A stretch of 45,499 nt of DNA from Candidatus Humicultor tengchongensis (GTDB lineage Bacteria > Sysuimicrobiota > Sysuimicrobiia > Sysuimicrobiales > Humicultoraceae): the NCBI GenBank assembly GCA_031459715.1, contig JAVKIA010000019.1, positions 1 through 45,499 on the forward strand, read 5' to 3'. Below are positions 29,979-37,450 of the stretch, piece after piece (positions within the stretch are counted from its first letter, which is position 1; each line of letters starts with the position of its first letter). The translations under genes were made by a program, and so were the position numbers. Under the pieces are notes generated by a model that was given only the letters and a program-made list of their open reading frames with translations, was not told the origin of the DNA and searched no databases.

Positions 29979-30370
29979 GCTCTGCCCTCCGGTGAAAACA
30001 AAATGAGCCACCCGTAAGGACGGGCAGCTCCCGTGGTACCACCTTACTTCCGGGGCCCAGAGGGGCGGGGCGGAGATCGCACCGCACATCGCGTGCGGGC
30101 CCGGCCCTGCCCGGAGACCCGGAACTCTTTGCCCGCTATCGGGGGCGAGGACGGCGGAACCTAGTCCCGGGGGACGTCGGTCCCGCGGCTCGGGGACGAG
30201 TTCGTGCGGTCACCGCGGCGGCCAGCTCCCACCTGCCCTGGCTCTCTCCACGCCGCGCGCCGCCTACTGCTTCCCCTCATCGCCGATAAAGCCATAAAGC
30301 CGGCCGGGCCGTCAAGCACGAAAGCCTGAGGCGACAGATTTCACGAGGAACCTCCCCCTCAGGCTTCTGT
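29979..30370 (-). promoter_or_regulatory. Candidate T-box riboswitch leader of the ilv-leu operon (tRNA-Leu, CUC specifier)
   Basis: In the minus-strand RNA, GUAAGG-UGGUACC-ACGGG-AGCUG-CCCGU-CCUUAC forms helix A1, a 7-nt bulge carrying UGGU that could pair the tRNA NCCA end, and helix A2. It resembles the T-box consensus AGGGUGGNACCGCG. A stem-I candidate (AAGCCUGAGG...CCUCAGGCUU) contains GUGA and then CUC-A, the same Leu specifier as the B. subtilis ilv-leu leader. Confidence 0.6.
29995..30030 (-). terminator. Intrinsic terminator of the T-box leader (competes with the antiterminator)
   Basis: The RNA AGCUGCCCGU-CCUU-ACGGGUGGCU forms an ~8-bp stem with an internal mismatch, followed by CAUUUUGUUUU. 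It lies ~25 nt upstream of the ilvB SD. Confidence 0.5.
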
Positions 30371-30394
30371 CCTGACGGCGTAGCGGCGACCGGT

Positions 30395-30446
30395 GCACCG
30401 CCTGCGCCGCTTGGTCCAGACCGGTCCCGGATGGGGACCGCGGAAC
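30395..30446. repeat. Copy A of a conserved bipartite motif, CCTGCGCCGCTTG-(hairpin)-GCGGAACCCTAGGCGC
   Basis: Blocks of 13 and 16 nt are identical to the copy at 35229..35290. The intervening hairpins differ but both pair (A: GGUCCC/GGGACC; B: GCCUUCC/GGAAGC or CCAGG/CCUGG). Confidence 0.5.
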
Positions 30447-30524
30447 CCTAGGCGCACTTCCTCGATCGACCAGCCAAACTCCTATGGACTTGCCGCAAAC
30501 GCTAGCAGAGCGCGGAGCTGTTTG

Positions 30525-33500
30525 TCAAGCCCTGAATCCCGAAAGTTCGGAATCTGGCGAACCGGCCGCCTCCGCAGCATCCTGTCCGAGGAGGCCGCGG
30601 GGGAGGACCTTTCGGAGGCGACCGGCTGAAAAAGGCCAGGCCTGCAGCAGCTCTGCCGCCCGCCGGCTCCCGGTGTGCGCCAGATGCTCGGCGAGGAGGT
30701 CGCGCAGCTCGTGCAGATCTTTCGCTTCGACCTGCACCACCGACACCGTCTCCTGGTTGCACCGGCCGGCGAACAGGCCGTCCTCGTCCAGGACGTAGGC
30801 CCGGCCCCCGGTCATCCCCGCACCGAAGTTGTAGCCGGCGCGGCCCAGCACCACCACTACCCCTCCGGTCATGTACTCGCACCCGTGGTCGCCCACCCCT
30901 TCCACTACGGCCACCGCGCCGCTGTTGCGCACGGCGAAGCGCTCGCCGGCGCGCCCCGCGGCGAAGAACCGGCCGCCGGTGGCGCCGTAGAGGACCGTGT
31001 TGCCCGCGATCACGTTCTCGTGGGAGGCGCCGGTGAAACCACGCGGCGGGCGGATGGCGATCGTTCCCCCGCTCATCCCCTTCCCCGCATAGTCGTTGAC
31101 CTCGCCCTCCAGCTCCAGGACCATCCCCGGGACGCAGAACGCGCCGAAGCTCTGACCCGCGCTCCCGGTAAACCGGAGCACGACGCGTCCCTCCCCCAGT
31201 CCTCCCTCCCCGTACCGCCTGGCGATGGCTCCGGCCAGGCGTCCGCCCACCGTCCGGTCCATGTTGCTGATGGAGTAGGTCAGGTGCACTGGGATGCCGC
31301 GCTCCAGGGCGGGCCAGGCGTCCATCCAGACGCGGTCGTCCAGGGTGGGGCCCTCGGGCCGCTTGTTGCGCGCCTGCATGCAGCGCCGCGCCGCCTCCGG
31401 CACCCCGGCGGACCCGGCCAGGAGCGCGGAAAGGCCGATACGGCGTCCCAGGACGGACTCGTCCACCGGGGATAGCAGCTCGCTGCGCCCGATGACCTCC
31501 TCCAGGGTGCGGGCGCCCAGCGCCGCCAGGTGACGCCGCACCTCCTCGGCCACCGCAAGCAGGTATGCCTCCACCCGCTCGGGCCGTCCGCTGAACCGGC
31601 CTCGCAGGTCCTCCCGCTGCGTGGCGATGCCGGTGGGGCAGGTGTTGAGGTGGCAGGCGCGGGCCATCACGCAGCCCAGGGCGACCAGCGCCGCGGTGCC
31701 GAAGCCGAACTCGTCTGCGCCCAGCAGGGCAGCCACGACCACGTCCCGCCCCGTTTTCAGCCCCCCGTCCACGCGCAGGCGGACCCGCCCGCGCAGCCCG
31801 CTGGCCACCAGCACCTGCTGGGTCTCCGCCAACCCCAGCTCCCAGGGCAGGCCCACGTGCTTGATGGACTCCAGGGGCGAGGCCCCCGTGCCGCCGTCGT
31901 GTCCGCTGATCTGGATGGTGTCGGCAAAGGCCTTGGCCACCCCCGCGGCGATGGTGCCCACACCGGCTTCCGCCACCAGCTTCACAGCCACGCGGGCCAG
32001 AGGATGGACTCGCTTGAGGTCGTAGATGAGCTGGGCCAGGTCCTCGATGCTGTAGATGTCGTGGTGGGGCGGCGGGGAGATCAGCGTGATCCCCGGCTGC
32101 GCGCGGCGGATGGCGGCGATCTCGGCGCTGACCTTGTGGCCGGGGAGCTGGCCTCCCTCGCCCGGCTTGCTCCCCTGCGCCATCTTGATCTCCAGCTCGT
32201 CGGCCGATACCAGGTAGGCCGCAGTCACCCCGAATCGTGCCGAGGCCACCTGCTTGATCCGGCTGTTGGCGTTGGTGCCGTCGGGCCGGGGGAGGTAGCG
32301 GGAGGGATCCTCGCCCCCCTCGCCGCTGTTGGAGCGGGCCCCCAGGCGGTTGGCGGCGATGGCCAGGGCCTCATGTGCCTCCCGGGAGAGCGCCCCGTGG
32401 GACATCGCTGAGAGGACGAAGCGGCGCACGATGGCGTCGGCAGGCTCCACCTCCTCCAGAGGGACGGGCTCCCGCCGGACAAAGGCCAGCAGGTCGCGCA
32501 GGGCGGTGGGGGGGCGGGAGGCGACCAGGTCGGCGAAGGCGGTGTAGGCCTGGCCGCTGCCCGACTGGGCGGCCTGGTGCAGCCGCTTCACTACATAAGG
32601 GTTGAAGGCGTGGTATTCACCGTCGCGGCGGAAGCGGACCAGCCCCGGGTCCGCCAGCTCTCCATCTCCGGCGAAGGCGCGTGCGTGGCGGGCGGCCGCC
32701 TGGGCGGCCAATTCGTCCAGGGAGACGCCGCCCAGGTGGGCGGGCGTGCCGGGGAAGTAGCGCTCCACCACCTGAGGGTCCAGCCCCACGACCTCGAAGA
32801 CCTGCCCGCCCTGGTACCCGGCGAGGGTGCTGATTCCCATCTTGCTGGCCACCTTGAGCAACCCCTGCTCCAGAGCGCTGAGGTACTGCCGGACCGAGGG
32901 TCGGCGGCCGTTGGCGGAGGGCAGCGCGGCCACGGTCTCCAGGGCCAGGTAGGGGCAGACCGCCTCAACTCCGTAGCCCAGCAGGCAGGCTACCTGGTGG
33001 ACGGTACGCGCTTCACCGCTCTCGACCAGCAGACCCACCCGCATGCGCAGCCCCACCCGGATGAGGTGATGGTGAACGGCGCTGGCGGCCAGGAGCATGG
33101 GGATGGGGATGCGTTTTGGGTCGGCGGCGCGGTCGCTGAGGATGAGCAGACCTGCCCCTTCTGAAACTGCGGATTCCGCCTCGCCGGCCAGACGGACAAG
33201 CGCAGCCTCCAGCGAGTCGCGGTCCGCAGGCCACGTGGCGTCCAGAACCACCGCCGGCCAGGGAGCGTGGGCGCGCACCCAGCCAAGCTGGTCGGGGGTG
33301 AGCACGGGCGAGGGGAAGGCCAGCAGCGCGGCGTGTTCGGGGCCATCCTCCAGCCAGTTGCGCCGCGGGCCCACCCGGACGGCAAGCGACATCACCAGCC
33401 GCTCCCGCAGGGGGTCGATCGGCGGATTGGTCACCTGGGCGAACCGCTGGCGGAAGTAATCGTAGAGGAGCCGGGGCCGTTGAGACAGGGCAGCGGGCGG

Positions 33501-35108
33501 GGTGTCGTCACCCATGGAGAAGACGACCTCCTTGCCCTCGGTGGCCATCGGCAGGAGGAGGTAGGTCACCTCTTCAGCCGTATACCCGAACACCTGCTGG
33601 CGGCGGCGCAGCCTGGCCCCGGCTGCGCTGTCTTGGGGTGGCGCTCCTGCATCAGGAGCGAGCGCCGCCTGCTCCGGCCCCTTCGCCGGCACCGGGGGTT
33701 CCCAGTTCCCGCCCGGGACGCGGATGATCCGGCGCGTCCACTCCCGGTAGGACCTGGCCGCGGCCACCTGTGCCTTTATCTCCGCGTCCGCCAGCATCTG
33801 GCCGGTGACAGTGTCCACCGCCAGGACCTGGCCCGGCCCCAACCGCCCCTTGCGCACCACCTGATCTGCGGGAAACGGTAGGACCCCAGCCTCTGACGCC
33901 AGCACTACCAGCCCCTCTGCCGTCACGGCGTAGCGGGCGGGTCGCAGGCCGTTACGGTCGAGGGCCGCGGCCACGATGCGCCCGTCGGAGCAGGCCAGCG
34001 CCGCGGGTCCGTCCCACGGCTCGGTCAGGCAGGCGTGGTACTCGTAGAAGGCGCGCACCGCATCGGGCAGGTCCGGGAGCTCCTCCCACGCCTGCGGGAC
34101 CAGCATCAGGAGGGCATGGAGCAGAGAGCGGCCCGAGGCCACCAGCAGCTCCAGGACGCTGTCCAGGTGGGCGCTGTCGCTTCCGCCCTCCTGCAGCAGC
34201 GGGACCAGGTCCCTCCACCGGTCGGCCCAGAGGGACTCCCGCAGCATCGCTTCCCGCGCGCGGGTCCAGAGGAGGTTGCCCTGCAGGGTGTTGATCTCCC
34301 CGTTGTGCGCCAGGTAGCGAAAGGGCTGGGCCAGCCACCAGCTGGGGGAGGTGTTGGTGCTGTACCGCTGGTGGAAGACCGCCAGCCGGGTGACGTAGGC
34401 GGGGTCGGTCAGGTCGCCATAGAAGCGCCCGAGTTGGGGGGAGACGAAGAGGCCTTTGTAGACCACGGTCCGGTGCGAGAAAGAAGCGATGTAGGCTCCA
34501 AGACCGGATTCCCGCAGGCGTCGCTCTGCCGTCCTCCGGGCGAGGTAGAGGCTGCGGGTGAAGGCAGGGTCATCATCCCCCGCCCGCCGCACGACCACGA
34601 GCTGTCGGATCACCGGCTGCGTCACGCGGGCGAAGGCTCCAAGTGCGTCCGGGTCTACGGGAACGGGCCGCCAGCCCAGGACGCGCAACCCCTGAGAACA
34701 CGCGGCCTGCTCAATCAGCGCCGCAGCCTCGTCTGCGGCAGCAGATGGCAGGAACACCATGGCCAGGGCCAGGTCCTCATCGCCCACGTCCCCCAGCGGG
34801 AGGTCGCGGCGCAGCAGGTCATAGGGAAGCTGGGTGAGCACCCCCGCTCCGTCCCCCGACTTCCCGTCGGCGGAGACGGCCCCACGGTGGCTCATCCGGG
34901 AGACGGCGGAGAGCGCCGCGGCCAGCACAGCGTGGCTGGGGAAGCGGTGGGCAACGAACCCTACGCCGCAGGCGTCGTGTTCCGCGATCGGGCTGACCAC
35001 TGGACCTCCCTTAGACTTCCTCAGGGCAAGCCGTCCGTCACAGGCGACTTTCAGGACAGCGCCCGCTCCAGGATCCCCTGCTATGCACGAAGCCCGAGGG
35101 CGAGGCAC
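30525..35108 (-). CDS. gltB: Glutamate synthase large subunit (GltB/GltS type)
   Basis: 1527 aa. Motifs: HDACGVGF, FSHRTVVYKG, GEGG (the FMN/4Fe-4S region) and a C-terminal GxxGxxG beta-helix. The ORF start is GTG. An alternative GTG at about 35000 has an AAGGGAGGT SD and leaves 10 aa before the catalytic Cys. Confidence 0.9.
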   Translation of the reverse strand: MPRPRASCIAGDPGAGAVLKVACDGRLALRKSKGGPVVSPIAEHDACGVGFVAHRFPSHAVLAAALSAVSRMSHRGAVSADGKSGDGAGVLTQLPYDLLRRDLPLGDVGDEDLALAMVFLPSAAADEAAALIEQAACSQGLRVLGWRPVPVDPDALGAFARVTQPVIRQLVVVRRAGDDDPAFTRSLYLARRTAERRLRESGLGAYIASFSHRTVVYKGLFVSPQLGRFYGDLTDPAYVTRLAVFHQRYSTNTSPSWWLAQPFRYLAHNGEINTLQGNLLWTRAREAMLRESLWADRWRDLVPLLQEGGSDSAHLDSVLELLVASGRSLLHALLMLVPQAWEELPDLPDAVRAFYEYHACLTEPWDGPAALACSDGRIVAAALDRNGLRPARYAVTAEGLVVLASEAGVLPFPADQVVRKGRLGPGQVLAVDTVTGQMLADAEIKAQVAAARSYREWTRRIIRVPGGNWEPPVPAKGPEQAALAPDAGAPPQDSAAGARLRRRQQVFGYTAEEVTYLLLPMATEGKEVVFSMGDDTPPAALSQRPRLLYDYFRQRFAQVTNPPIDPLRERLVMSLAVRVGPRRNWLEDGPEHAALLAFPSPVLTPDQLGWVRAHAPWPAVVLDATWPADRDSLEAALVRLAGEAESAVSEGAGLLILSDRAADPKRIPIPMLLAASAVHHHLIRVGLRMRVGLLVESGEARTVHQVACLLGYGVEAVCPYLALETVAALPSANGRRPSVRQYLSALEQGLLKVASKMGISTLAGYQGGQVFEVVGLDPQVVERYFPGTPAHLGGVSLDELAAQAAARHARAFAGDGELADPGLVRFRRDGEYHAFNPYVVKRLHQAAQSGSGQAYTAFADLVASRPPTALRDLLAFVRREPVPLEEVEPADAIVRRFVLSAMSHGALSREAHEALAIAANRLGARSNSGEGGEDPSRYLPRPDGTNANSRIKQVASARFGVTAAYLVSADELEIKMAQGSKPGEGGQLPGHKVSAEIAAIRRAQPGITLISPPPHHDIYSIEDLAQLIYDLKRVHPLARVAVKLVAEAGVGTIAAGVAKAFADTIQISGHDGGTGASPLESIKHVGLPWELGLAETQQVLVASGLRGRVRLRVDGGLKTGRDVVVAALLGADEFGFGTAALVALGCVMARACHLNTCPTGIATQREDLRGRFSGRPERVEAYLLAVAEEVRRHLAALGARTLEEVIGRSELLSPVDESVLGRRIGLSALLAGSAGVPEAARRCMQARNKRPEGPTLDDRVWMDAWPALERGIPVHLTYSISNMDRTVGGRLAGAIARRYGEGGLGEGRVVLRFTGSAGQSFGAFCVPGMVLELEGEVNDYAGKGMSGGTIAIRPPRGFTGASHENVIAGNTVLYGATGGRFFAAGRAGERFAVRNSGAVAVVEGVGDHGCEYMTGGVVVVLGRAGYNFGAGMTGGRAYVLDEDGLFAGRCNQETVSVVQVEAKDLHELRDLLAEHLAHTGSRRAAELLQAWPFSAGRLRKVLPRGLLGQDAAEAAGSPDSELSGFRA

Positions 35109-35228
35109 CCACCGGACTGTGCACTCCGGCGAGTGCGAACCTCTCCCTCGGGCTTCTCTCCCGATGGTAGACCGGCCGACCCCACCCGATCCGCTCAGGA
35201 ACCAGACCGGGGAACTGTCGGTATTTCG

Positions 35229-35290
35229 CTGCCGGCCTGCGCCGCTTGAACCAGGCCTTCCCCTGGTGGAGGAAGCGGAACCCTAGGCGC
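35229..35290. repeat. Copy B of the same conserved bipartite motif
   Basis: CCTGCGCCGCTTGaaCCAG...GCGGAACCCTAGGCGC, lying ~120-180 nt upstream of the gltB start on the minus strand. Confidence 0.5.
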
Positions 35291-35564
35291 CTCTCGCGCC
35301 AAGCGCGAGGAACTTGGCGCCATGGTTGCAGCCGGTCGGGATCCTGTCAAGCGGTTCGTTCGCGTAACTCGAACATTCTGGCAAGAACCCGGGGAGCGCA
35401 TGTGGCTCCCCTGACGGCTTCCGCTCCCTGCAGTGCCTGAGATCCGAGCCTGGGCCTGCGAGCGATCCCCGGGCCGGGCCGTGGACTCCCACGCTCGGTG
35501 AGGCCCTGAAAGCTCTCACTTCCGGCCGATCCTCATTCCTGGTAAGGTCAAAAGATGATCGCCC

Positions 35565-35867
35565 ATGGGGACCGAGACCACCGGCGTCAGGCTTGCCCGG
35601 CTGGAAGGCGCCTACGAGCAGATTGACAGGCGCCTGGGCACCATCGAGGGGCGCCTGGCCGTGCTGGAAGGCAAGGTGGACGCCGGGTTCGCCCGACTCG
35701 ACGCCAAGATCGGCGGGAAGATCGACGCGCTCGCCTCCGAGCTGCGGGAGGCGATCGTGCGTACCAACGCCCGGATGGATGCCCTGGGCGCCCGTCTGAA
35801 CACCGCGATGTTTGGCATCGTGGCCGCCGTCCTGGTTCCCATCCTCCTGCGCCTTTTCTGGCCCTGA
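35565..35867 (+). CDS. Small coiled-coil protein with a C-terminal transmembrane helix (XhlA/haemolysin-XhlA-like)
   Basis: 100 aa. Heptad-like LARLEGAYEQIDRRLGTIEGRLAVLEGKVDAGFARLDAKIGGKIDALASELREAI followed by MFGIVAAVLVPILLRLFW. G/C-rich codon third positions are consistent with genuine coding. No holin or lysin lies nearby. Confidence 0.5.
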   Translation: MGTETTGVRLARLEGAYEQIDRRLGTIEGRLAVLEGKVDAGFARLDAKIGGKIDALASELREAIVRTNARMDALGARLNTAMFGIVAAVLVPILLRLFWP

Positions 35868-35876
35868 CAGCCGCTG

Positions 35877-37169
35877 CTACTCCACAACCCGGATGACGCT
35901 GCCCACCACCTGCACCACGTCCATAGCCCGCAGCCTCACCACCACGCGGCGCATGGCCGCCTCTTCCGCCTCGTGGGTCAGCAGGACGACGTCGGCCACC
36001 TCGCCGCGGCTCTTTTGCACGATGGAGGCGATGCTCACCTGCTCCTCGCCGAAGACTGTGGCGATCCGGGCGAAGACGCCGGGGCGATCGGTCACCTGGA
36101 GGCGCAGGTAGAAGGGGATGACCAGACGCTCCATGGGGTGCACTTCGCGGCGCACCGAAGGGGCGGAGAGGGTGCGCCCGCCGGCACCGCGGAGGCGGTT
36201 GCGCGCTGCGTCGATGATATCGCCCACCACTGCCGCCGCGGTAGGCGCACCCCCGGCACCGGGCCCACTGAAGAGCACCCGACCGCAGGCTTCCCCTTCC
36301 ACCAGCACGGCGTTGCGCTCTTCAGAAATCCCGGCCAGGAGGTGGCCGGCCGGGACGAGGGCGGGGTGGACGCGCAACTCCAGGGCGCCGTCCCGGTCGC
36401 GGGCCACGGCCAGGAGTTTGATGACGTAGCCCAGCTCCGCGGCGTGCCGGATGTCTGCGGGGGTGACCCCGCCGATCCCCTCGCGGTAGACCTGCTCCGC
36501 GGCCAGGGAGGTATTGAAAGCTACCGTAGCTAGGATGGCCAGCTTGGCCGCCGCATCATGTCCGTCCACGTCGTCGGCGGGATCCGCCTCCGCAAACCCA
36601 CGGGCCTGCGCCTCGGCCAGCGCATCGTCGAAGGTCCGCCCCTCCCGGCTCATCAGGGTGAGGATGTAGTTGGTCGTCCCGTTGAGGATGCCCTCGATCA
36701 GGCGGATCCGGTCGGCGGCCAGGGATTCGCGCAGCGGTTTGATCAGCGGGATCCCCGCACCCACACTGGCCTCGAAACAGAGGTCGACGCCTGCCGCCGC
36801 CGCAGCAGCCAGCAGCTCCGCCCCGTGCGCGGCCAGCAGTTGCTTGTTGGCAGTGACCACGGCCTTGCCCCCAGCCAGGGCGCGCAGCAGGAGCGATCGG
36901 ACCGGCTCCACCCCGCCCACCACCTCCACCACGATATCCACGGCGGGATCCTCCACCACCGTGGCCCCGTCGGTGGTCAGCAAGGATGAAGGGATGCGCA
37001 CGCGCCGCGGCCGGCCGGGACGGGCCACGGCCACGCGCCGCACCACGCAGGGCCGGCCCACCAGGCCCGCGATGTGCTCCGCCCGCTCCGCCAGGAGGCG
37101 GTAGACCTCCGCCCCCACCGTCCCCAGCCCGAGCAGGCCGACGCCGATCTCCGGAAGCCGGGATGCCAT
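35877..37169 (-). CDS. hom: Homoserine dehydrogenase
   Basis: It is the C-terminal 430 aa of the 553-aa track ORF: MASRLPEIGVGLLGLGTVGAEV, a NAD-binding domain, a catalytic domain, and a C-terminal ACT domain. GGAGGAGG SD 5 nt before the ATG. Confidence 0.9.
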   Translation of the reverse strand: MASRLPEIGVGLLGLGTVGAEVYRLLAERAEHIAGLVGRPCVVRRVAVARPGRPRRVRIPSSLLTTDGATVVEDPAVDIVVEVVGGVEPVRSLLLRALAGGKAVVTANKQLLAAHGAELLAAAAAAGVDLCFEASVGAGIPLIKPLRESLAADRIRLIEGILNGTTNYILTLMSREGRTFDDALAEAQARGFAEADPADDVDGHDAAAKLAILATVAFNTSLAAEQVYREGIGGVTPADIRHAAELGYVIKLLAVARDRDGALELRVHPALVPAGHLLAGISEERNAVLVEGEACGRVLFSGPGAGGAPTAAAVVGDIIDAARNRLRGAGGRTLSAPSVRREVHPMERLVIPFYLRLQVTDRPGVFARIATVFGEEQVSIASIVQKSRGEVADVVLLTHEAEEAAMRRVVVRLRAMDVVQVVGSVIRVVE

Positions 37170-37302
37170 CAGGACCTCCTCCACCGCTCTGTCTCCACTC
37201 TCCGTACGTTGCCCGCCCGGACGGCAGAAGTCAACCGGATCCCTCTTGACAACCGCCGCGGAGGTGCTACTTTTTTGGGATAAATAGAGTGCAGTTGGCC
37301 TG

Positions 37303-37351
37303 AGGCCGCGACGCCTCTCAAGCGAAGGGGTCGCGGCCTTTCGCTTTTCGG
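37303..37351 (+). terminator. Stem-loop plus U-tract in the amtB leader (candidate attenuator/terminator)
   Basis: A perfect 10-bp stem, AGGCCGCGAC / GUCGCGGCCU, encloses an 18-nt loop. UUCGCUUUUCGG follows. It sits ~100 nt upstream of the amtB ATG, in a divergent intergenic region. Confidence 0.45.
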
Positions 37352-37450
37352 TGTACCGGCGGATCAGCCACGTCCCGGCGGGCTCGGGGCAGAGAGAGGC
37401 AGCGTCCGCGGGGGCACGGGGAGCGGAGAGAGGCACAGGAGGGACGACAG

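Noticed and set aside
30503-30565. Third conserved block (TGTCAAGC...TCTGGC..AACCGG) shared by regions A and B
   Set aside because: In copy A this block overlaps the gltB stop codon and C-terminal codons. Spacing to blocks 1-2 differs (77 versus 49 nt). The similarity is likely partly coincidental, so only blocks 1-2 are reported as the repeat.
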